DNA from: Candidatus Zixiibacteriota bacterium
Lineage (GTDB): Bacteria; Zixibacteria; MSB-5A5; WJJR01
DNA length: 13,732 nucleotides
NCBI GenBank assembly: GCA_036170655.1
Contig: JAVHPP010000074.1
Coordinates: 1-13,732 of the forward strand
Direction of reading: 5' to 3'
A program made the position numbers and the translations under genes. Of this stretch, positions 7,708 through 13,732 are shown piece after piece. Below the pieces are notes generated by a model. It had not been told where the DNA came from. It saw nothing but the letters and a program-made list of their open reading frames with translations, and made no database searches. Within the stretch, counting starts at the first letter, position 1. Every line of letters begins with the position of its first letter.

Positions 7708-8907
7708 ATGGAAGTACGACCGATGCGCAAGACCGACCTGGGGGCTTACGGAGAACTGTGCCGGTATTGTTTTCTGGATACACAGGCGGCCGACGATGCA
7801 GTCCGCTACATGACCATCGTGGGTGAGCACATCGGCCACACATGGGGCGCCTTCGATCATGGGACGATGCTGGCCGGTCTCTGGTACTACCCTTACAAGA
7901 TGCGGGTCGGGCAGGGCCACGTTCCCGCGGGAGGAATTGCGGCAGTTGCCACCTGGCCCGAATACCGTAATCGCGGGATCGTGCGCGAACTCATGACAAA
8001 CGCCCACCGGCAGATGCGTGCCGAGGGCTGCCCTCTGGCGATCCTCAATCCGTTCAAAAGTGTATTCTACTCTCGCATGGGTTACGCCAATACGTTTTTC
8101 CATCAAGATCACCTCTTTGCTCCCGCCCAAATTAGGACAGACCTCAAAAGCCATGCGTCGCTGCGTGTTATCAAAGGAACATCGCAATGGGAACTTCTCG
8201 AAGATCTCCACCAGCGGTGCTCGGCAAGCTACACCGGTCCGGTGGTGCGCGATGCCCGTTACTGGGAAACACGCTATCTTTCGACGACGCGTGGCGTGCG
8301 CAGGATCTGTCTCGTCGAGCGGTACAAAAAGCCCGTTGGTTTTCTCATCACCACGCTGACACGGGTTGATGAGATCGCGACGTTGCGTGTCAATCAGGCG
8401 GCGTGGGTCGATGCGGACGCGCTGATTGCGATTCTTGGGTTCCTGCGCAATCTGCGCGATCAGGTCAAAGAGATTCGCTGGTTTCTGCCGGTTGATGTGG
8501 ATCTGTTCCCATACTTTGATGACTTGCGTGACCGCGTGCGGCTTTGTCCCAAGATGATGCTGAAACTCGCTGACCTGAAGGGCGCCATTCAAACACGGGT
8601 TTACCCGGAGGACTTCAACGCGGAATTGCTTCTCGACGTGGTGGCCGATCCGACCAGCCCTTGGAATGCCGGCCGCTGGCGGGTGTCTTGGAGGCAGGGG
8701 AGAGCCGAAGTTCGGAAAGCCGCGAAGATGGTTGCGAAGGTCCCTGTCCTCAAGACGGACATTCAAACACTCGCTACCATCTTCTCCGGGCACCGCTCGG
8801 CGTCCTCGTTGGTCCACGATGAGTTGCTGAAAGCGCCAAGGGCTGTTGTCGAGATCATGGATCGTGCATTCCCTGCCGGAGTTCCTTACATGGAAGAGTG
8901 GTTCTGA
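7708..8907 (+). CDS. Eis-like GNAT acetyltransferase (two GNAT domains plus an SCP2-like C-terminal domain), 399 aa
   Basis: GGIAAVATWPEYRNRGIVRELM (acetyl-CoA motif A), FYSRMGY, VADPTSPWNAGRW and DIQTLATIFSG, and a terminal Phe (EEWF), as in Eis proteins. Strong SD GGAGGAGG at 7691-7698. Confidence 0.9.
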   Translation: MEVRPMRKTDLGAYGELCRYCFLDTQAADDAVRYMTIVGEHIGHTWGAFDHGTMLAGLWYYPYKMRVGQGHVPAGGIAAVATWPEYRNRGIVRELMTNAHRQMRAEGCPLAILNPFKSVFYSRMGYANTFFHQDHLFAPAQIRTDLKSHASLRVIKGTSQWELLEDLHQRCSASYTGPVVRDARYWETRYLSTTRGVRRICLVERYKKPVGFLITTLTRVDEIATLRVNQAAWVDADALIAILGFLRNLRDQVKEIRWFLPVDVDLFPYFDDLRDRVRLCPKMMLKLADLKGAIQTRVYPEDFNAELLLDVVADPTSPWNAGRWRVSWRQGRAEVRKAAKMVAKVPVLKTDIQTLATIFSGHRSASSLVHDELLKAPRAVVEIMDRAFPAGVPYMEEWF

Positions 8908-9095
8908 GAGCCGCTGACAAAATGAGCAATCGTACTGATGAACTGGAACGGGCGATCGGGGCGGAAACGGGAGAGCGAGGCTCCGGCCGAGCCTCTTTGC
9001 GTGCGGTGCAGAAAAAGGCTCGGCAGGAGCCTCGCCCTCTCGCTGCAGGCACTTGGTACTGTTTGCAAAGTCGAAGAGGGGTTTTCAACACACCC
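8908..9095. mobile_element. Putative MITE-like non-coding element 1 with an internal REP-like inverted pair
   Basis: Left end AGCCGCTGACAAAATG (8909-8924) is identical to 10549-10564. Right end GTTTTCAACACACCC (9081-9095) matches 10652-10666 at 13/15, and its TTTTCAACACACC is the exact reverse complement of 13497-13509. Confidence 0.5.
8971..9039. repeat. REP-like inverted repeat pair
   Basis: GAGAGCGAGGCTCCGGCCGAGCCT (8971-8994) versus AGGCTCGGCAGGAGCCTCGCCCTC (9016-9039): 22/24 reverse-complement identity. Confidence 0.85.
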
Positions 9096-9273
9096 GAATG
9101 CGGAAATGACGTAGGCAGGTGCACGCGTCAAGAGAGGCATACGGGTGCTGCGCCGTGCTCCGCCACGAGCCGATCCGTTTGCGAAGGGAAATGCTGACAA
9201 ATAAGCCCTTGCGGGATGGGTGGTTTTCGTCGAACTTTCGTATTATAGTATGCAACAAATGGAGGAGGGTGAT

Positions 9274-10485
9274 ATGAGAGTCGTGATGGGTCATCGGATG
9301 CTGGCGGCAATAGCGGGCACAGTCTTGCTGGCGCTCTGGGTTGCGTGTGGTTGCGAGCAGGCACAAGCACAGGCGCAGGCGCCAAACCCGGTTATTGTCG
9401 GCGCGGTCATTTCCCTGTCCGGGCGCGACTCCGCCTTTGGTCAGGAATGTCTCGCGGGACTCAAGATCGCGGTCAATGAGGCCAACGCCGAAGGCGGCGT
9501 GGTCAACCGTCCGCTCTCCCTTGAGGTTTATGATGACCGTTCGGACCCGATTTTGGCCGCCGAAGGCGTGCGTGTTCTGGCCAAGCAGTATCACCCGGTT
9601 GCCATTGTCGGATCGAACACGTCGATGGTGACCTCCGCCGCGGCAGTGGCGGCGCAGACGCTCGGTATCCCGTTGGTCGTGCCCGAAGCGACCAACCCGG
9701 CGATCACCTCGATTGGCGACTGCATTTTCCGAGTCTGCTTTACCGACCCCGACATGGCCAATGCGCTGGCCACCTTTGCCTACCAGAGACTGGGAGTCCG
9801 CAAGGTGGCTATTTTGATGGAAGAGAAGCACGATTACACGTTATCACTCGCCCGTTTCTTCAACCGCCGCTTTCGCGAGCTGGGCGGCGAAATCGTTCTG
9901 CAGATGGGGTACGATGCCGGTCAAAAGGTCTTCGATGATCCCATCCGTCTGATCCATGAACGCAAGGCTGACGCCATTCTCGTGTCCGGATTCTATCCCG
10001 AAGCGGCGGCGATTCTCGATGCGGCCAAGGCTCGCAACCTCAGTGTCGTTTTCCTCGGCGGCGACGCGTGGGAGGCGGAAGGTTTCTTCGAAATGGCCGG
10101 CGATGCCGTGACCGACAAGTCGCGCATCTACGTGGCGTCCCACTTCTCACCCGACATCGAACGGGTTAAGGTAAAGGGCTTCGTCTCGACGTTCGAGGAA
10201 GTCAATAAGCGCCGTCCGAATACGTCCTCGGCGTTGGGCTACGATGCGTGTGGCGTGATCATCGATGCGATTGCCATCGCCAAAGAGATCACCCCGGCCG
10301 GGGTGAAGTCCGCATTGCCGGGTGTTCACCACGACGGCGTTACCGGTCAGATCGTTATCGATTCAACCCGGAGCACGACGAAGAAGGTCATCATCATGAG
10401 AGCGACCCCAGACCGTCGTTTCTCGTTTGTCCAGGCCGTGTCGGCGGCAGCGACAGAAGACTCGTCTCAATCACCGAAACCGTAG
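9274..10485 (+). CDS. Branched-chain amino acid (LivJ/LivK-type, PBP type 1) ABC substrate-binding lipoprotein, ~403 aa
   Basis: IVGAVISLSG...G...AVNEANAEGGV...VYDDRSDP, ATNPAIT, IFRVCFTD, ALGYDA and GVTGQI motifs. SD GGAGGAGG (9261-9268), ATG 9274; hydrophobic signal ending in a lipobox-like VACGC. Confidence 0.9.
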   Translation: MRVVMGHRMLAAIAGTVLLALWVACGCEQAQAQAQAPNPVIVGAVISLSGRDSAFGQECLAGLKIAVNEANAEGGVVNRPLSLEVYDDRSDPILAAEGVRVLAKQYHPVAIVGSNTSMVTSAAAVAAQTLGIPLVVPEATNPAITSIGDCIFRVCFTDPDMANALATFAYQRLGVRKVAILMEEKHDYTLSLARFFNRRFRELGGEIVLQMGYDAGQKVFDDPIRLIHERKADAILVSGFYPEAAAILDAAKARNLSVVFLGGDAWEAEGFFEMAGDAVTDKSRIYVASHFSPDIERVKVKGFVSTFEEVNKRRPNTSSALGYDACGVIIDAIAIAKEITPAGVKSALPGVHHDGVTGQIVIDSTRSTTKKVIIMRATPDRRFSFVQAVSAAATEDSSQSPKP

Positions 10486-10548
10486 CGGCCGGTCTTCTCA
10501 GTGGTCATCCTTGTTGGAAAGCCCTTTCCACATCCGGGCGCCACGGAA

Positions 10549-10666
10549 AGCCGCTGACAAAATGGCCTCTCATTCTCTCTATGAGGATGTCCTCACGGGC
10601 CATCGGATCTGGGGGGGCGACGCATGCGTCGCCCTTCTTCGCTGAGGGCGTGTTTTCAAGAGACCC
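10549..10666. mobile_element. Putative MITE-like non-coding element 2 between convergent genes
   Basis: Begins with the same 16-mer as element 1 (AGCCGCTGACAAAATG) and ends GTTTTCAAGAGACCC (10652-10666); the interior is unrelated to element 1. Confidence 0.45.
10615..10640. repeat. Perfect 20-bp REP-like palindrome, possibly also the terminator between the convergent genes
   Basis: GGGCGACGCA|TGCGTCGCCC (10615-10634) followed by TTCTTC. Confidence 0.8.
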
Positions 10667-10681
10667 CACCGTCTCCCGGCG

Positions 10682-12556
10682 TCAGTCCTGGGATCGCTCG
10701 GCCGGACCAACGATCTGAAGAACTTGCACCCAGTCGGGATCGGTCTTCAGACGGTTCAGTGCATCAGCCGGCGCCATTTTGGCGAAGTCACGGTATTTCT
10801 TCGCGACCTCTTCGTTGTCCCCCGCGTGGTAATACGAAAGAATCATGCGCACATAGGCGTCGGTGGGATTGCCGGCGATCTTGCGGGCGCGGTCGAACTC
10901 CTTGGCGGCGCGGCGGTAATCGCCCGACGTGTAGCAGGCCTCCGCCAGCGCCATCTGATTCTCGGCCGACTTCTTGTCGATTTTTACCGCCTTCTCGTAG
11001 TCGCTGATCGCCTTCTTATAGTCGTTGAGGGCCAGATAGTACCCGCCGCGCTGGCGCCGCAGAGACGCATCACTCTTTGCGAGGTCGATCAGATAACCGG
11101 TGCAGGTCACCGCTTCCATATATTGCTTCGTTGCCGCATACAACGCCGCCGCCTGCGTGAAGTCGGCAGCGGCCGCGCTGGCATTGCCCGATTGCAAATG
11201 AGCCCAGCCACGGTAACGGATCGCATCGATGTTCTGGGGATCAGATTGCACCGCGAGGTCGAATGCCGCAATCGCCGCGGGCCAGAGATTGCGCTCAAGG
11301 TAATCCTTCCCTTCCGCGAAATGCCCGCTGCTGCGCTTGATCGGATCGCTCTTGGGGACAAGATCGGACTTGGCGATGGTCAGCGTTGACGTGACCCGTG
11401 TCTTCACGGTGACAACCGTCGAATAATCCTGGTATCCGTCGACCTGCAGGACAATGCGATGCTCCCCCGTAGTCAGGCGCTTGAGCACTTGGGCGTTCTT
11501 TCCGTAGATTTCGCCATCAACGAACACGAGGTAGTCTCCGACATCCGTCACGCGCAGGTCGACCGATCCGACCGGGCCACTCGTTGTGGTCACGACAGGA
11601 GTCTGATCGGATGGCTGGGACGCTGACTTCGTCGTGTCCGCGCTGGCGGGTGCGGTGGCGTCGGCGAAAAGCGGTGTCAGCGTAAACGAGAACTGCGACG
11701 TCTGGTTCGGTTCCGTGCGCATTGTCCCCGCCTGTGGCTGGTAGCCCGGCGCCGACGCTTTGATCAAATAGGCCCCGGGTTTGACGTCCGCAAACGAGAA
11801 GAACCCCGCCGTGTTGGTGAGAACTGCCTGACGTCCGTCCACGTCCACTGTCGCGCCGGCGATCACCCGTCCGCTGCGGGCGTCGACGACGACACCGTTG
11901 ATCGTCCCCTGTCTGGGTGGATCGGCCACAAGGTAGGCCACACCGAGGGCGGCGAGCACAGTCAGTCCCGCGAACACGGCTGCTTTCAACCAGAACCTCT
12001 GTTTGGCCGCAGTACGACGAGCGGTTGATTGGGGCGATGGAGGCAGCGTGTGATTCGCTGTGCTCGCTGATGTCTCCGGCGAGCGCCTGGCCACGACGCC
12101 TGCCGACGGTGTCTTCAGGCTGGGACTCTGCCGTGGTGGCCGCATCGGCGGCGGTTGAAGTGCCGGGGGCGTTGTCCTGTGCACAGCGCGGGACTCGCCC
12201 GCCTCTGCGTCCGACCGGTGTGGCCGGTCTGTGCTTGGGCGGTCTGGCAGCCCGTTTGGGTGATTCTCCGTAGCGTCCGTTGCCGTTGAGGCTGTACCAA
12301 CGGCAGACGATGGCTCCTCGGGAATCAACTCCACGGGCCGAAGTTCGTTGCCCGCGTCGGTTGGCGCATTGCCAAGATCAATCGCGTTGTATTCGGTTGT
12401 GCTCGGACCTGGCCCGGTGAATATCTGCCTCTGGCCATCCGCTGCTGCCCCATGCTCCGGGCGGGGAAGGTCCTTCAGCATCAGATCGTTTGCGTCGGGT
12501 CGCGACCCAACGGACGGATCGGTCTTTCGGGTTTTTGTCTCTGCGTACGTGGTCAT
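10682..12556 (-). CDS. Membrane-anchored protein: Pro/Ser/Thr-rich N-terminus, one TM helix, carboxypeptidase-regulatory-like domain, PEGA-like domain, C-terminal TPRs, 624 aa
   Basis: TM FWLKAAVFAGLTVLAALGVAYLVA; GTINGVVVDARSGRVIAGATV...TNTAGFFSFADVKPGAYLIKASAPGY (CarboxypepD_reg); VFVDGEIYG...LTTGEHRIVLQVDGYQDY (PEGA); TPR-like RGGYYLALNDYKKAISDYEKAVKID. SD GAGGTG at 12567-12562. Confidence 0.88.
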   Translation of the reverse strand: MTTYAETKTRKTDPSVGSRPDANDLMLKDLPRPEHGAAADGQRQIFTGPGPSTTEYNAIDLGNAPTDAGNELRPVELIPEEPSSAVGTASTATDATENHPNGLPDRPSTDRPHRSDAEAGESRAVHRTTPPALQPPPMRPPRQSPSLKTPSAGVVARRSPETSASTANHTLPPSPQSTARRTAAKQRFWLKAAVFAGLTVLAALGVAYLVADPPRQGTINGVVVDARSGRVIAGATVDVDGRQAVLTNTAGFFSFADVKPGAYLIKASAPGYQPQAGTMRTEPNQTSQFSFTLTPLFADATAPASADTTKSASQPSDQTPVVTTTSGPVGSVDLRVTDVGDYLVFVDGEIYGKNAQVLKRLTTGEHRIVLQVDGYQDYSTVVTVKTRVTSTLTIAKSDLVPKSDPIKRSSGHFAEGKDYLERNLWPAAIAAFDLAVQSDPQNIDAIRYRGWAHLQSGNASAAAADFTQAAALYAATKQYMEAVTCTGYLIDLAKSDASLRRQRGGYYLALNDYKKAISDYEKAVKIDKKSAENQMALAEACYTSGDYRRAAKEFDRARKIAGNPTDAYVRMILSYYHAGDNEEVAKKYRDFAKMAPADALNRLKTDPDWVQVLQIVGPAERSQD

Positions 12557-12602
12557 GGTTCCACCTCAATCCCAGGGCCGCCTGGCCCGATGGACGCTCA
12601 TC

Positions 12603-12630
12603 TTGAAAGGGAGTATCCTTCCTCTATAAT
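12603..12630 (+). promoter_or_regulatory. Near-consensus sigma70 promoter P1 facing the TPR gene
   Basis: TTGAAA (12603-12608), 16 nt, TATAAT (12625-12630). Confidence 0.55.
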
Positions 12631-12658
12631 TATCGGCAATCTCTCGATTGCTCTTCAG
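12630..12658 (-). promoter_or_regulatory. Putative sigma28 (FliA/SigD)-type promoter for the PEGA/TPR gene
   Basis: Minus strand reads CTGAAGAGCAATCGAGAGATTGCCGATAA: perfect -10 GCCGATAA (12637-12630), with TGAA (12657-12654) 16 nt upstream. Confidence 0.55.
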
Positions 12659-12676
12659 AACGGACTGGACAACTGG

Positions 12677-12706
12677 TTGACTGGGTTTGCGGTGCGGGGT
12701 TATCAT
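12677..12706 (+). promoter_or_regulatory. Second sigma70-type promoter P2 for the TPR gene
   Basis: TTGACT (12677-12682), 18 nt, TATCAT (12701-12706). Confidence 0.5.
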
Positions 12707-12782
12707 TGTCTGCCCCGCACTCGGTTGCGACAGGTGAATTGTCGCCGAACGCGGGTTCCGCTCAAGCGGACTGAGGGGATGA

Positions 12783-13433
12783 ATGACTGAACAAATGGAA
12801 AACCGGCCAGCTGTGACTTCACCATCGTCGTTCCCCGCGAACCGATACATTCTGATCGCGGTACTCGCTCTGGTTGCCGTGGTGACGATCGTTCTCCTGA
12901 AATCCAACATGGAACGTCCCAAGAGTGCCGAAGACCGAATCTCAGGCACAGGCGAATCCGCCGACATGGGTGGACCGATGGATTCTGGCTCGGCCAGCAT
13001 CATGGCCGATGTGGCCCGGCAGGTCGGGCATATCAAAGACATCCTCGCCAAGGATTCCACCAACGTCGATGCGTGGGTGGCCCTCGGCAATCTCTACTTT
13101 GATGCCCGTATGCCGGAGGATGCCGTCAAGTATTATGAGGGCGCGCTCCGGTTCAAACCGGGCGACGTGAACATCATGACCGATCTGGCCACCATGAAGC
13201 GCGAGCTGAAACAGCCCGGCGATGCCATCGAACTTCTCAAGAAAGTGGTCGCCACCGACTCGACGATGGCGCAGGCGTGGTTCAACATGGGCGTGATTTA
13301 CAGCTTCGATCTCGGTCTCCAGAAAGAAGCCATCGGCGCCTGGAAACACTTCCTGGCGTTGAATCCCGCCTCCGAGCATTCAGAGGCCGTCCAGCACGTG
13401 ATCGACAGTCTGGAACGGATTCTGCCGAAGTAG
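12783..13433 (+). CDS. N-terminally membrane-anchored tetratricopeptide-repeat protein (resembles CcmI/NrfG-type TPR modules), 216 aa
   Basis: TM YILIAVLALVAVVTIVLL, then TPRs DAWVALGNLYFDARMPEDAVKYYEGALRFKP and QAWFNMGVIYSFDLG...AWKHFLALNP. SD-like GAGGGG at 12773-12778. A role in cytochrome c biogenesis is not established. Confidence 0.85.
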   Translation: MTEQMENRPAVTSPSSFPANRYILIAVLALVAVVTIVLLKSNMERPKSAEDRISGTGESADMGGPMDSGSASIMADVARQVGHIKDILAKDSTNVDAWVALGNLYFDARMPEDAVKYYEGALRFKPGDVNIMTDLATMKRELKQPGDAIELLKKVVATDSTMAQAWFNMGVIYSFDLGLQKEAIGAWKHFLALNPASEHSEAVQHVIDSLERILPK

Positions 13434-13496
13434 CATAGACTCCACCTGCTGTCTCTTGTGGTCGCATGGAGATGGCTTTTTCACCGCTCCGCTTCC

Positions 13497-13634
13497 GGTG
13501 TGTTGAAAAACGCTCTAATCGTCATTCCCGCGCACGCGGGAATCCATTTTCTCCTTTGCCGCTCGTAGTGGACCCCCGCTTTCGCGGGGTGACATCTTGA
13601 GATGTAGGCCTCTGGTCAGGATTGTCAACACTCC
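13497..13634. mobile_element. Putative MITE-like non-coding element 3 with 13-bp imperfect terminal inverted repeats
   Basis: GGTGTGTTGAAAA (13497-13509) versus TTGTCAACACTCC (13622-13634): 11/13 inverted identity; encloses a REP-like doublet. Confidence 0.6.
13521..13593. repeat. Inverted doublet of the GTCATTCCCGCG-N3-GCGGGAATCCA palindromic repeat (similar to Neisseria dRS3 and Rickettsia RPE-type palindromes)
   Basis: GTCATTCCCGCGCACGCGGGAATCCA (13521-13546) and the inverted variant TGGACCCCCGCTTTCGCGGGGTGAC (13569-13593); each copy is itself a hairpin. Confidence 0.85.
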
Positions 13635-13678
13635 CTTTCGCGGCAATGACGAGGTAGGCGTATCCGATGCCTTCTGTA

Positions 13679-13727
13679 TGGCAGGGGCATCCTGCCCAAG
13701 TCGCACGGGCGAGAACACCCGTGCCAC
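13679..13727. repeat. Degenerate REP-like doublet of a further family
   Basis: TGGCAGGGGCATCCTGCCCAAG (13679-13700) and CACGGGCGAGAACACCCGTGCCA (13704-13726); each has an internal hairpin, and the outer TGGCA/TGCCA are inverted. Confidence 0.6.
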
Positions 13728-13732
13728 ATGAG

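Noticed and set aside
7633..8817. 394-aa minus-strand ORF
   Set aside because: Antisense shadow of the Eis-like gene; no motifs.
8898..9197. 99-aa ORF and overlapping minus-strand ORFs between eis and the binding protein
   Set aside because: Translation of palindromic repeat DNA; no SD or motifs.
10515..10603. Small stems TGGAAAG/CTTTCCA, TGAGGA/TCCTCA and ATGGCC/GGCCAT as a possible ncRNA or riboswitch
   Set aside because: Short stems with 2-nt loops between convergent 3' ends; no recognisable RNA-family motif.
8908..10666. Integron attC sites
   Set aside because: No RYYYAAC...GTTRRRY core pair and no integrase in the window.
13521..13650. Possible CRISPR array
   Set aside because: Copies are inverted and degenerate with irregular spacing; no cas genes in the window.
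13515..13727. 70-aa minus-strand ORF ending MDSRVRGNDD
   Set aside because: The tail is simply the translation of the GTCATTCCCGC palindrome; the region is repeat DNA.

Overview
GC-rich bacterial window with eight protein-coding genes. In order: a 5'-truncated LOG-family protein, a secreted M16 zinc peptidase, a secreted M14 zinc carboxypeptidase, a stand-alone receiver-domain response regulator, an Eis-like GNAT acetyltransferase, an orphan LivJ/LivK-type lipoprotein, a minus-strand membrane-anchored CarboxypepD_reg/PEGA/TPR protein, and a divergent small TPR protein. No rRNA, tRNA, CRISPR array, transposase or integrase was seen. The genes look like ordinary accessory or housekeeping functions; the unexplained signal is intergenic. 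Three short (~120-190 bp) non-coding elements share IS-like end motifs (GCTGACAAAA / TTTTCAACACACC type) but each carries a different REP-like palindrome. Two of them abut the same half-REP (GCGGNAATGAC) at identical spacing, which suggests insertion into REP hairpins. There are also two sigma28/FliA-like promoters: one would give a leaderless response-regulator mRNA, and one overlaps a divergent near-consensus sigma70 promoter. All calls come from reading motifs by eye; no searches were run.
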